This document shows, in pieces, positions 12,794-26,440 of a stretch of DNA of 64,000 bases; position 1 is the stretch's first letter; each line of letters starts with the position of its first letter. The stretch is from the NCBI GenBank assembly GCA_028534125.1, contig CM052832.1, positions 22,322,001 through 22,386,000 on the forward strand, given 5' to 3'. Source of the stretch: Lama glama. Lineage: Eukaryota. The notes below the pieces were generated by a model. It was not told where the DNA came from. It saw only the letters and a program-made list of their open reading frames with translations, and searched no databases. Both the position numbers and the translations under genes were made by a program.

Positions 12794-12900
12794 AGGGTTG
12801 TCAGACTTAGCAAATAAAAATACAGGATGTTGAGTTAAATTTGAATTTCAGATAAGCAACAAAGACTTTTTTAGTTCTAAGTATGTCCCATTCTGAGATA
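12794..12900. mobile_element. MER53 DNA transposon, left half only
   Basis: agggttgtcagacttagcaaataaaaatacaggatg...gttaaatttgaatttcagataa...taagtatgtccca matches one arm of the palindromic MER53. Confidence 0.8.
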
Positions 12901-14499
12901 AGTTGTTAAAAAATCCTGAAATATGCAAATGCTATGAAGTGTTAAGTAGGTGCCTTGTTTAAAAAGGTGTTCTTGACTTGTGGGTGACCTCTAGTGATTT
13001 GGGAGAACAAATAGTATATAACCTTTGTCAAAGAGATTACTTTTGAGTTCTAAGTATTGAAGGTAGTGTCAGTCTGTGCAATCATCAAATTGTACTAGTC
13101 CCTGCAGTTCAACAGGGGTGGGGGTTGGGGAGGGGAGTCTGACACAAAAGAAAGTGTCCACCTGCGTAAATGGTAAGGACACTTCTGTGGTTATTATTAT
13201 TTAAGACGATGACACTGTTTCTAGTTCAGGTCAATTATAGTCCCTGTAATTTTCTATAAGGTCTTTTCTTTTACTTCCTTTTTTTCTGTTGAGCATCAGC
13301 TCATTTTAGTCTCCCATTTGTGTTTTAAATCTTTGCTGTTTATTTTAATTTAGGATCTCATCCCATGAAAAATACGGTTTTTTAATGTTGTGCCCTGGAC
13401 ACACTGTTGCTGATTTTTTATTTACTTATCTGTCTTTATCCTGCCTGAGGGAAAACAAGTATTTAAAATGCACTGTTGTCTGCATCTGTGAGCAGATAAA
13501 TTTAGTACTTACTTGTGATGGTGCTCTAGTGTACTTCTTATTCCTAATTTTGCCACCAGCAATTATTTGGCCACAATCTTAAGCAGATTGTCTACACTCT
13601 GAGGGTCTCTGCAGAGTCTTACTAGCTATTAATCACAGTACAGTGGTAAGAGTAGAACAAACTATGGGAATGGACGTTAGATAATGATAGTTAATTCTTA
13701 CCAAAGAGTAAATTTAGCTCCAGGTTTTAGCTTTTTAGAAAATGACTGTATTAAAAATTTCATAAGTTCATCTGTCCATCAAAAATCTAGTGAGTACAGA
13801 TCAGAATAGCAGATTAATGTTAAACATGATTTCTGAGTGGCAGGAAATTTTGTTCTAGATGGAGCTGATGTCTCATCCATGTGTGATTGACAGGTTCATA
13901 ATGGCACAGTACATTTACTCTCCCACTCCTCTTGTGTGTAGATTAAAAAAAAATCATTTACAATAAAGGTAGTCACATTTCCAATAACTTACTGTTAACT
14001 CATCATGTAATGGGAAGTTCTTTCAGAGAGTACTCAAGCAATATATTTTATATTGATTTTTCTCTTGGTGATGCCTCTGGCTCCCCAAATCATCAGATAT
14101 TAACTAAAAGAGGTAAGTTACGAAAATAAGATTATGATTTTCTGAGCATGGGCAACTCAATACTTCCGTGAGTAGACCCTGCTGACAAAAACCAGCCTTC
14201 TAAATGTCACCTGGTATTTAGAGCCCCCACAGCTGGGCATCACTGGATCTGTGAAGGTCATGGCAGAGGACTACCCCTGGAGAGGAATCTCAAAGGCAGA
14301 ATAATGACGGCCCACACACCTCACGGAGCTGGCAGTGCTGGAAACAAGAGCAGACATCATGATTAGCACAGGAGCAGTGGACAGAGCCTGGAGCTGAGAG
14401 ACAGTTTTTCTTTTCTTTTCTTTTTTTCAATTTATGCCCCTAACCATCAAAATAACTTCAATAACTTCAGTTGCATAGTTTTGTCTTTTATAAAATAGA

Positions 14500-14865
14500 G
14501 AAATCTTGAGCTAAGAGAGACTTCAGTGACTCCCAACTCAATCATCTCACTCTATTTATGAAGAATCTAATATCCAGATGGGTTAACTGAGCAACTCAGT
14601 GGCACGGATACTACTGGTAGGGTCAGGAGCTAGGATCAGGATTCAGTTCACAAGTTCTTAATTTAGTACTCTTGAAAATGTGGTTGAAAGGAATAAGCTT
14701 GGAGCCCAGGTTTGAGTCTCAGTAGTACTACCTGAGCTAAACGACCTTTTCAGGTATCAGAGTCCTTGAGCTCAGTTCCTCAGCTGTAAAATGGGGTTAC
14801 TAGTAGGTGCGCTGTTCACCTCTCAAGGATATTGTGTGTACCTAGTAAGAAAATGTAAAATGCAA
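14500..14865. mobile_element. Two MIR fragments in opposite orientation
   Basis: A minus-strand MIR-like piece (about 14500-14670) followed by a plus-strand MIR core (gagctcagttcctcagctgtaaaatgggg). Confidence 0.6.
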
Positions 14866-14885
14866 AAAAAGAAAACAAACAGTAC

Positions 14886-15438
14886 TGTCTTATTTACTAC
14901 TGCTGTGTAACAAATTACCCCAAACTGAGCAGCTTCAACAATAAACATTATCTCATAGATTCTGTGGATCTGGAATCTGGGCCCAACTTAGCTGATGCCT
15001 CTGGCTCAGTTTCTTGGGTAACATGTAGTCAATCTGTTGACCAGGGCTCTGGTCTCATCTGAAGGCTTGACGCGGGAGGTGTTGGGTGAGGCCTTTTTCT
15101 AAGCTCGGTCATGTGACTGTTGTCAGGATTCAGCTCCTTGGAGGCCGCTGCCTGGGGGCCTCTCTCTGTTCCTTGCATGTGGACCTCCCTATAGGACAGT
15201 ATGGCAGCTGGCTTCCTCAAGCACGCGGGCCAGAAAGGGAGTGTGTAAGAGCAAGATGGAAGCAAGCCTTTTTGTAACCTGACCTTGGAAGTAACATCCC
15301 ACCAATTTCGCTGTTCTCTATTCGTTAGAAGCAAGTCGGTATAGGTCCAGACCACACTCAACAAGCACAGATTACCCAAAGGCGTGAATACCAGGAGCTG
15401 AGGCTCACTGGGAGGTCATCTTAGAGGCTCCTACCACA
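14886..15438 (-). mobile_element. MaLR solo LTR (MLT1F/G-like)
   Basis: TG...CA termini: tgtcttatttactactgctgtgtaacaaattacccc ... catcttagaggctcctaccaca. Confidence 0.85.
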
Positions 15439-16029
15439 AGGATTATTCTCACTGTTATAAGTAGTTACAGCAAAAGCATTAGGTATTAGATGTATACCTG
15501 CTTTAATAAATCAAAAGGTTTTTACAAAAAGAGTATTAATATTTTCATTTATAATTATTGATTGCCCCTCTGCTTCCAAAAAAGCTTTGAGCTGACATCC
15601 ACATCCAACTACTTTGCATACACTATTCCTCCTGCTCAGAATACCTTCCTTCTCAGTCCTTGTTCACCTGAGAACTGCTGAATTGTCCTCTGCAAACCCA
15701 AACGTGACCTCCCAGGTATGTTACTGTGGTTCAACTGCTACACTTTCTAATGTGAATTGGCCACAGGTTACTTTACAACCTGGAGCACAGTTGCATTTTC
15801 CAGTTGTGTCATAGTCAGTTGATGTGCCCAGCAGTTACTGAATGAAGGTGTCTTCCCGTAGAACCAGGAGGGAATGACCTCAGGCAGGGGGACTTATGTC
15901 TCACTGGCTAGTTCTTTTTTGAAGACTAGACCTTCAGTGATTTGTAAAGAATTATTGAAGACTTTCCAGTTGCTTTGCTAGGAATGGAGAAGCATTTAAA
16001 AACTTTTTATCAAATAGGGGCAGAGAATT

Positions 16030-16175
16030 GCCTGGATCCTAACCACTAGGAGGCTTTTAAAGGCAGATTCTGGGCCTTGCCTCGGACTAACTGAATCAGT
16101 CTTTGGGGTTGATCCCAGAAATATGTATTTTTAACAGAGTGATTCTGATGTGAAGTTTGATAAGCCTCAGTCTGT
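16030..16175. mobile_element. MER5A-like hAT-Charlie MITE
   Basis: gcagattctgggccttgcc...actgaatcag...atgtatttttaacagagtgattctgatg...agtttga. Confidence 0.7.
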
Positions 16176-16514
16176 AGGGACTCCAGGAAACTCATGAGTG
16201 ACAGCATTCACACGCATGTTCTCATTTGCCTTTATATTGGCTGTGGTTTGTGATTACAACTCTTCTAAGACACCAGTGATTATAAAATGCACCATTATAT
16301 CACGCACTGTTAAGAAAGGAAAAAAAAAACCCAACTCGGCTGATTATAATTTTAAGGGTCCATAAAGATCCATCCCTTTTGAGAGATGTTGAAAATAGGA
16401 GAAAACCTCATAATTGAAGCAACATGACAAAATGTCTTTCTTTTCTGACCTGACCAGATCTATAAGATAGAAACTCTATATTCTATTTCCTAGAAACATA
16501 ATATTTTTTAAATT

Positions 16515-16860
16515 CACGCACTCATCCATCCACCCATTTATTCGTTATTCCACGTACGGTTACTGAGGGCCTAGCGTGTACCCCGCACTCTGCATGCCAG
16601 TGGGAATATAGCGGTAATGAGACATGCCTCGTGGGGCTTGCTACCTAGGAGGTAAAACAGAAACTAAGCAAATAAACACACAAACAAATGTGTGCCTGCT
16701 CATTAGGATAAGCGCACTGAAGGACAAAAAGGAATTGTCACGTAGACACACCAGGTAGACACACAGGGTCAAAGGCACTGGTGAAGATCTGAGGATACAC
16801 CCCTCTGCGGGGCTGACGGGGTTAATGAGCAATTGTTTCTGAAGAAGCAGGAAGTGAAGG
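16515..16860 (-). mobile_element. L2 LINE 3' region
   Basis: cattcatcc-type tail followed by ttactgagggcctagcgtgtaccccgcactctgc...gggaatatagcggt. Confidence 0.7.
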
Positions 16861-19074
16861 CAGCTGCGAGGCGGTCTGCACTGGCTGGGCTCACACCCAT
16901 GACTTCTCCAGGACAGTGCGCCCCACGGGCGTTGTCACCCCTCAGCCCAGCACAGACGCAAGTATACACAGCAGCTTACTCTCCTCAGCATCCGGCTGAC
17001 TGACGTCTGCAAAGGCCAGCCGTTGACAGTCCAAATGTAATTGCGGATGGCTGACATGACGGTCAGAAGAAAAGGAAGCGGCGAGGAAAGGGAGAGCTGT
17101 AGCTCCTTTGCAAACGCAGCCTTTCAGAACTGGCCATGATGCTGCGCCTGGCCTCCCTTTCTCTCAGCATGCTCTAGGTCTGAATTTGCTGTTTACTTCT
17201 CAGCTTACTCCTGCCGTTTGCCTTATTCTGAACTGAACTTAATACCCTGAATCATCAGTGTCATTCGGAGATGGATTCTTTACAATCCTTAATGTGACAA
17301 ACTGGATTGATCCCCTGCCCACTACCTGCCAGCTCGCAGCAATTTCTCCTTAAATCTCTCCTTCTCCCTCCCTTTCGCTCCCTACAATGCACACACTAAA
17401 GGAAAGGCGTTTTCCTGCAAATGCCCCACAATTACACAGTGTGGTTAGGCAAGATGATAGGGCTGTGAGTCCACGAGTCCACCCTTGCCCTCATTTTCCT
17501 TTTCCTGCTAATTTGACGTGATGGAATTTCTACAGCCTTGTCAGCTCCCTGAATGCACTTTGATCTTTTTTTGTGTGTGTGTGAGAATTTTTTAAATCAA
17601 TCTAGGTGTCATCTGGCAGCCTAAAACAAATGATATTGTAAAATGTTTATCACTGAGCAGCAATTTGAATACCACCCTCCCTCCCCGCTCCCAAACACCT
17701 TACATAGAAGGAAAGCAGATTAGTTGTCTCCAAGAGATTTAAAATGAAAGGTACTTTTCATTTTAAAAATGGAACTTGGGATGCTGTTTAACTAAGTGTG
17801 CTGTGCATTCAGTATTCACAGGGTAAAACATAAAAGAAGTAACATGGATTTTTAAAAAGATATTATTTTTCTGCTACAAGCTGCTTCTATCAAACCACCT
17901 GAGAGGTGATTTGAGAAGGGCATTTTAGAATAAAGACATTGTTCTGACAGCAAATACAAATGAAATAAAATTGGCCCAAGGCTTTGATGCCGGAACCCAC
18001 ATGGAGAGCCGGGACATAGCAACACGCTAGCTGAATGCACTAGAGGAACAGAAGCAGCATAATTTGTAGTAGTGTGTGAAGCAAAGATGAAAGAGGAAAA
18101 TATTTTTTTAAATATGCACAGAGATTAAAACAGACTTTTCTGATTGCATTATATCCTTGATTACAAGAACTTACCCACAAATATCTTAAATATTATAAGG
18201 GTGCAGAAGTTCAGCTATAATCTCTTTGTCCTCAGTGTCAGGGAAAATATGTGAGTAAGGAGGAATAATCTATGTTCCTCTAATTTTTGAGAAAGTTGAT
18301 AAAAGGGAAGAGTGGGTAGAAGCCTTCTTTGGGGGCATTAATGAGATTCTGGCTTTTGGCTCAAGCAGACATCATACCTGGAAACAAATCTGAAGCATAC
18401 TATGACTGACTTAGAGTGATTTTACTCATCTGTGAGCTTTGCCCTAAGAGGGAGGAAGGTGCTGAAAATGGCTTCTAGTAGTCAATTAGGTATAAAATGT
18501 TAGGAAGGACCAAAATAACAAGAAAACAAAAACTAAGCTATCTTAGACTTCCCGGGTGACCCTTTGTCCATGAGCTGTTTCTGATGCACAGATGTGTGAG
18601 GGACACTAAAGAAGAAACAGGAACTCAGTCATTTAACACAGACCCAGAGACAATCTTTCGCTCACTCTTTTAGTCTGCTGGCAGAGTATCACAGTGGAGG
18701 TCTGTGGGAAAGCTTCTGCGTGCCTTTCTGGTACCGCTGGTGACCAGGGTGTTTTACAAGCAGAGGTGGTATGGCCAGATGAGGCACGTGGAAGGAAAGC
18801 AACAGTTCCTATAGAATGCTGGTTGTTTTGCTCTTATTTGAAAAGCCAAAAACAGCACTGGCTGATTGTAGGGAAGACACTTCTTGAAGTCTTTCCCTGT
18901 TCTTCAAATCTCTAAACAAACACACCAAGGCAATGCAAAAGCTCAGATTAAAAGTGCGTTTTAATCTCATTCCTTACATAATTAAATTTGTAATTATTTT
19001 TCTTCCTAATAGATGATGTAGCCTGGAAGGGAGGTCACTTTAGATGTGTCTAGCATCGGCAAAAATGTGGAAGT

Positions 19075-19268
19075 AATATGGTGTTCAAAGACCAGCTCCA
19101 GTGCTTTATTAGCCATATGACCTTGGGCAAGATGTTTATACTTTTTGCGGCATCTCAGGGGTTCTTCATACATAAAAATGGGATGAATATCTATTGTTTC
19201 AGCGTTACCATAAAGATTACATGAGATATGTTCAATTGCTTAGCACAGTGCCTGACACACATGGGTTA
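19075..19268 (+). mobile_element. MIR SINE
   Basis: atgaccttgggcaag...cataaaaatgggatga...tgcttagcacagtgcctgacac. Confidence 0.8.
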
Positions 19269-19389
19269 GAAATAATTTCCCTTCTAAGGATTAATATTTA
19301 GACAGATTTAATTTATCAAAGAAGATTTTAAAAAGGAAAAATAACGTTCCAGCTTTCTAAGTTTCTTAAACCTATATTTTTCCCAATTT

Positions 19390-20250
19390 TGAAAGTAACA
19401 CACATTCTTATGAAAAATTAAAATACCAAATATTGAAAATAAGATTATTATCTATAATCTCACCACTCTGTTAACAATTCATTGCATTTATTATAATCTT
19501 TTAAAGGTGTTTTTACCTTAGATATTTTTATCTTACATATGCATATATGTAATATATATGTATAATTAAAGTAGGAAAGTGTCTTTTCTAAAATCATCTA
19601 GCTTTTCAAGTGACAGTAAAATATTTAGAATACTATATTTTTTCTTTTTCTGAATATAATGCTATTAGCACTCTTTATGTTATTAAAAACTTTTGGCATA
19701 TATAATTTTTACTGGTTGCATAGCCCATTGATATAATGTGCCAAAAATATGTTTTCAATGTTTTGTTATTGAAATTCACATTGAGATAAATATATTTACA
19801 TATTTTCAAAAATTTACATAATTCCTAAGAGTTTTCCATAAAGGAATTTCAGGGTAAATGAATGTGAACATTGTTAGAACTTCTGAAACATTGCCAAACT
19901 GATTTCCTATAGAATAAGACCAATTTACATACCACCAGTAATGTGAGAGTCCCAGTTTCCCCTTAGCTTTATTAACACTGAGTAGCATTATTCAAACATT
20001 TTTTCAAAAGCAAAAAATGGTATTTTGCCATATTAATTTGCATTTCTTTATTACTGTGTTTGAATGCTTTCCTCTTTTGAATTGTCTGCTCACACCCTGT
20101 GCCCATTTGGCTATTGAGACCTTCAGATTTTCCAATCCATTTAAACGTACTTTATAGAAAAGATAAACACTTGTTCACACCTGCTGGTGATATTTTTCTA
20201 CCTTACATTTTACCTTGTTTTATACCTGTGGGATTTACTTTAAGTTTTTA
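19390..20250 (-). mobile_element. Old L1 (L1ME-like) relic
   Basis: caatttacataccaccagtaatgtgagagtcccagtttccc...ttaatttgcatttcttta...tgaattgtctgctcacaccctgtgcccattt. Confidence 0.7.
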
Positions 20251-20401
20251 AAGTTGTGTTTATTCTTTTCTCATGAATGTTTCTCTTCTCTTAAGGTTAC
20301 TCCTTAAGAGAAACTCTTGAGGTTATTATTTATTTTTCTTTTGAAAATTCTACTGACCAAAGGGTTTCTATGCTGTACGAAAAAAAGTCCATTATTTCTT
20401 T

Positions 20402-20421
20402 TGTGTGTGTGTGTGTGTGTG
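20402..20421. repeat. (TG)n microsatellite
   Basis: Seen directly. Confidence 0.95.
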
Positions 20422-23400
20422 ACGCCAGTTAAGCGAACTAAAGGACAGAATGGGATAAAAGATCACAAATACAAACTTCAAACATGATAGAACTGAATTG
20501 TAAGTTTGATTTTACTCCAAAGGCAAATGAAATTTCATCGTGGGATTTCCAGGTCTGGAGAGAACAGAAGAGTTGCCAACAATACCATGGAAGGTTGAAA
20601 CCAGCAGGCTTCCTGACAGAGGAGGAGCTACTCAAGACACCAAGAGACAGTGCAGTTAGTGGCAGAATCTACCCAGACTTGGCTGCTGTAAAACACTTTC
20701 CCTGTCTGCATTTGTCTGAGCCTGCCTGTGACGGATCTAATGGAATCTGCGAATAGCTAAACAGAGATAAATGATTTCCCAATGGAAAGGAATCTATAAG
20801 AATGTGATTCTTCCTCACACCAACAGGCAAACAGAATGATAAGTCTTTTTTAGATTATGGTCCCAATGAGGCTACCTCAGCACACTTTGTAGCAAATTCT
20901 GTAATCTCAGACAAACATACTTGGCCACATGCACAAATTTCAATAAGCAAGACATTTTTCTGAGAGTGTTCTCTATTTTAAAATTTTCTTTTCAAGCATT
21001 AGTTCTAGAGAAAGGGAAATAAAACCAGACACCCTATGCTTTTCAAATATCTGCTTATAATAAAATAAAGTCGTGGATGTTGCATGTTAATGTACTAAGC
21101 AAAGGAAATTACATAGACACCATGCCTGGCTGCAAGGAGCTTATGATGCAAGAGAGACCAAATGGACATCAGTGCTTCTGTGTTGTTTAACACCAAAAAA
21201 GGAAAATGGTGCTTGACATTGAAGTGAGAAAGAAAAACACATTTTCTACATGAACTGATATACACTGTATTTTATGATTAAACACGCAGGTGATGGAGTA
21301 ATTTATCAGCTTGGGCTAAGTGACTGTTCTCGTGGTTTTGAGTTTTGACCTCATCTCTTGGTGGGAGTTTTGTACATTTCCTGCACCCTCATGAAAACTG
21401 ATTTTAGGTTAGAAAGATTGCATTTAATGAAGTTCTGCCAACCTTTGGTAACAAAACCTTTGGTTTCTTTCATTAGGTCTCTGAGAAGAAACTGTAAGTT
21501 ACGATGAAAGGCATCTTACTACAGGGACTATTACTAGTTCCTAAAGATTAAGATCCATAATGACAAAGTCTAAACGTAACAGGTTCATGTCCTGAACTTC
21601 TTCCTTCATTCTTTCAATTCTTTGTGTCAAATGTGAGTATTAGCAGTGCACAAAAAGACTTTGGGGTGAAAAATGCCTTTGCTTCCAGGAAAGCTTGCTG
21701 GTTTCCCTTTTCATTCCCGTTCATGTGGGAGCAGATATTAGCCCTTCTTGTTCTGCGGCTTTTATTTGACGGGGAAAATACAAACAGAAGCCAAGAGTAT
21801 ATTTTAAAAATTGAAGAGCATCAAGACATCACAGCCTGAGTTGGCCGTAAAGATTTACAATCACATTTCCATCACAAAGACCCTGGCCCATCATATTTGG
21901 CCATGACCATTTATGTTTTGATTTCTATTTCTTTGGCGGGACAACACCCCAATTAGACAGATGAGCGTTCAGTTCTGATTTTGGAGCACATCCTTGCTGG
22001 CCTAGGTTACTCCAGGGCCCCAGTGGCTATTCTGCCTCAACTCTGCCTTGGTAGTTATAATCCTGCGGTCTGCGAATTCTTAGCATATAAGAAAACTATG
22101 CAGGTTAATATGCTCATGATAATTTGACCTTGATTATGCCTGATTAGTACCTGGAAAATTGACCAGAATTTTCCCTGAATTCTCTAGGTTCTTACCCTTA
22201 TGTTCTTTTTACTCCATGTTATGTAAATCAAGTGGTGCTGATGCAGGGTGGAGAGGACGGGCTTGAGAATTCATTTTTCTCTCCTTAAGCCCAGTAACTG
22301 GGTCAGGCTATCTATTTTAGCCTCTCGGTAGCAAACAGTGTTCTCTTAAAAAAAAAATCACACAAAGTCATAACTGGAGAATTACATTATAAAAGCTGAG
22401 TTGTTAACAGCAGATCCTAACTTCTGTGGAAAAAGAATCATTTTTATTCGGAACTCATATATTAGGAACACAATATATAGCTCACCCTTTCACGATTATG
22501 TATTACGTGATATGTAAGTTCACCGTACGTCTTCAGCAAAGGAACCATAAAAGGAGAAATCACTGAATTCCACTGGCAAGGAGTGATACCCACTGTTACA
22601 GGGCTTTCCCCATATGTCAAACCATTCCAAGAAGAAAAAAAGAAAAAGTGATTCCGTGGACAGATTTTCCTTTCATCAGGGTAAGGGCTGCATTTCATTA
22701 CTTTGAAAACCCTCATTCATTTAAACAACGCTAAATGCTTCCTGGTCTGGAGATATAAAATTATTGGATGGCCACTGCTGGCCGTTCATCTGAGACCCTG
22801 ACGTGCCACAGCCGATTTTTGAGAACTGCTCTGCCACTTAATGTGACAAACATCCAGTCTCGCAGTTTAAGAGATCTTTGAGAAAGGCCATCCCCACATG
22901 AAATGAATTTAACAGCAGCAATTTGTCATTTTGCCCTTCCTTTGCTGGGGGAAAAAAATGCTGGTGATTTCTTTTGACTTAAACTGGGCATTCAAAAAGC
23001 TGTTTTTATTAATGAATCATATTAAGCCACTAGAGAAAGGCTCCCTGACTCTGTTTAAATAACAGGCTATGATTCCTCTCCCCTCGAGCCTCCCCCCACC
23101 CCCATTTGGCTCTGCTGCTATTAATTGAGGAGTTTCTTTGTTTCTTTCCTAATGAAGCTAACAGAACACATCTGTCAGGTGCTCGTATTCTTTGCCTGTC
23201 TATAGTATGTAATAGACCAGCTGGAGGCTATAACGCTACACAATACCCCTGGCCGTTACAGCAACTATTTATTCCTGGGCTTTTCCTCCGAAAGGGATTT
23301 GAAAAAAAAAGTCTGAAATTTGGGCCTAATTGCTATTTACCCAGCGATAGACACCTGTTCTAGCTGAGACATTGGCTCATGAATCCTACACCTGAGACCT

Positions 23401-25249
23401 TAGGGAGAGGAGAGGGGAAATTTCAAGCAGCTGCTGGTCCGTTTAGATCTAGAGAGCTTTAACTTGCAGGGTTTGTGTGTTTATATGTATATGCATATAT
23501 TGTAAAATACTGTATGTTTAGTATGCACACCCATAACCAGAGGGTATATATTAAAAGCCGTGTACCATTATTTCACGGTCAATTGCTCATGTGAAGGCTG
23601 TACACATACTGGTGTGCAGCTACAACTGTGACTGCTATAAAAATGGTGTGCTGAGGCTGAATTCAGCGTCAGTAAGAGACATGTGTCCTTTGAAAGTCTG
23701 TTTCAGGTCTTGGGGAGAAATAACTTCTTAGGATGAATCAGAGGGGAAAACTGAATCAAATATAACTTTTCTTGGAGAGATTCAACTTTGTTTTAGCCCT
23801 TCTCTTTGCCAAATAGCTACACCTCTTTAGACATAATTGTACTTGGTTTTGTTTTCTACCTTGATCAGTGGAGCACAACCTTCTGTTTATTTATCTTTTG
23901 ACATCCATAGTGATATTCACCCTTCTTTTCTTGGTTTGCCTTCATAATGGCTCTTTTGCCCACTTAAAACTAAAGGGAAAGAGTCCATAGTCATAATGGC
24001 ATTTATTTCCTGGGACTCTATGTAATGTAAGTTAATATCACCTGATATTAAGTTTAGTATTAGTTAGCAATTCAAGTTTACTAAAAACTATTAGATCACA
24101 TAAGTACTGTCCTATGTTTGTAAGAGAATGAAAATTAGAGGAATAGTATGTGTGTACATACATATACATCTGTGTGTGTGTGTGTGTACACACACATACC
24201 CTGACTCGACAGGCTCCAATCCTACTGCCCCATTTTGGCTTGAGATGTTTCTGAAGAGAGAAGATTGAGGCTAAAGAGACGTAGCACAAGCTCACTGGCA
24301 AGAGAACAGAAATAAAACGTTACTGCCCTGCTATCTAATCAGAGGACGGTCCTGCCATAGAGGGCTGGCACGGTGGGGGAGGTAGGAGGAAGAAGAAACA
24401 GCATTTCCCCACCTTTCCCTGTCTTTCATATATCCTTTCCATTTGGTATGACTTCTGAGCTTTCTGATGTGTACTCCACGGGCATTGCTGGAATAGCCTC
24501 CCGTTTACAAACCGTTCTGAAAAATCTGGCCTTTCTGAACAAATCAAATAATGCTGCCAAGCGACACCTAATTTGTTACCAAACTAGAAAATTATTTATT
24601 ATTTCTCCCAAAGGATACATGAGCTATATTAGATACTGGTGTGAGAATAGACAAAATGAAATTAAAAGGGTAGAAGGAAGTTTTAAATAAAATGCAGAAA
24701 TATGAGTCATAAAGGAAATAAAAATTATCTGAGAGCTATTACATGCACATGCACACACATACACACACACAACCATGCTGGTTAAGAAATTCCCCTTGGT
24801 CTCATCTGCAGCCAGAGATGACCGAAAAGTCAGGGCCGTAGGAGGCAGCTGGCAACGACAGGAGAGATGGACAGAACTCACATACAAATGAGTGCTTCGC
24901 CTCAGGGCTCGCACAGTTGGAGAGGGAGCTGATGCTGAGACAGAATTTCATTTCCCAAGAGGACGGAGAGAAGTGCACAGGGAACTCGGGGTCACACCAG
25001 AACAGGTGATAATGAAATTAGAGTTAATGAAGGCTGGAAGAAACCAAGGCCAGATGGGTTGGTGAAACTGTCATCTGAGATGCAGGCTGAAGCCAGACGT
25101 GGTATCTCAGGACGGGAGAAAACAGCCGCGGAGGCACACGTTAGAGAAGTTCTGGGAAATACAAGAATCCTACTCTCATCTCTGAGGCAGGCCATCTCTG
25201 TGTTTCCATGTGACAAGAATTTGAAAGTGGATGAGCCTAGGAGGCAGAT

Positions 25250-25412
25250 AGTGTGACAGAGCACGGTAGATAACGTCTCTGAGCCTCAGTTCTATCTCTG
25301 GTAAATGGGGATAATAATACTTTCCTTCTTTCCTTGGGAAAGTTAAATGAGATTTTGTTTGCAGACTAACTACAGGCATATGTGGTTGATGTCAATTATG
25401 TAACATTATTAT
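25250..25412 (+). mobile_element. MIR SINE
   Basis: tctctgagcctcagttctatctctggtaaatggggataataatac...ttaaatgagat. Confidence 0.8.
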
Positions 25413-25799
25413 AATTCTTTATAAGCAATTAGGTCATTCTTACAAAAATGCCAGGAGGGGTGATCCCAGTTGGTCTGTCCGCGTGGTTGTCTGCTTTCAA
25501 GAACCCCACTAGTGAACATGCCATCAGAAAAGGTAACGAACACTAAATAAATGAATGCTGCTCTTAGTAGGTTTTATGTCTGCAGAATATTATGAAAGAT
25601 AAGGAATTTTTTCAGAAAGAGCTGAGAAGTTCAGTGATGCCAAGATAATGCATGGGAAGTTGCTAAAATAAGAGTATTTATGTTATGGCAGGGTTCAGTG
25701 TTGGTCCTATAAAGAAGTAGATTTTGAGCTTGATGGAGATATGGATTAAAATTTCTGGGCAAGCTCTTCTTCCCCAGCACTCTGTTCATAATGCCACCT

Positions 25800-26381
25800 T
25801 ATTAATTGTAGTGTGAGGCATTTTGTGGGTCATTTGATGAACACACCCTTCTTCCTCTGGGCTGTGATTCATTTGCCTTAAAGTACATTTTCCTGGACCG
25901 CCAGGAGCAGGGCATGGTAGGCCCTTGTCCAAAATCTTCTGGATACTCTTCTTATCTTCAATCCTTCTCATACCGAGTCCTCCTTCCCACGTAGATATCA
26001 GACACCCCATCACCAAACTCCCTTGGAAGCTAGGGTTCAGGCACATGGCCAGTCAGGCTTCTACATAGAAGATCTGAATGCAGAGGAGGGCATCATTGGG
26101 GACTAATCTCTTCACAAGCATGGTGGCCAAAGAGTTCTGTTTTTCAGTGTTGGTGCTGGCAAAGGTTTTAGCATCCACTTTGAAATGTCACATTGCCAAA
26201 TGGTATTTTCAGGATGTCCCCGCAGTGAAGAACTCTCTGTGGCTGCACAGCCCTCTGGTTTGTTTCTCTGATCCTTCTGAAGATTCTGGAAGCTGCCTAA
26301 CACCTTTCAATAAAATCCTTTTCTTTCCCCACTTGCCAGAGTAGATATTTTTGTTTGCTGTTAAGAATCTTAACCATCGCA
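25800..26381 (+). mobile_element. Old ERVL-class LTR (LTR16-like); 5' boundary uncertain
   Basis: 3' end caataaaatccttttc...gccagagtagatatttttgtttgctgttaagaatcttaacc resembles ERVL LTR R/U5. Confidence 0.5.
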
Positions 26382-26440
26382 CCGGTGTTACATGCTTTTT
26401 CTAGTGCAAGTAAGAGTAATGGAAAAATGTTAAATAGTAT

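Noticed and set aside
24145..24200. tgtgtgtgtacacacaca palindrome
   Set aside because: It is simply juxtaposed (TG)n and (CA)n microsatellites.
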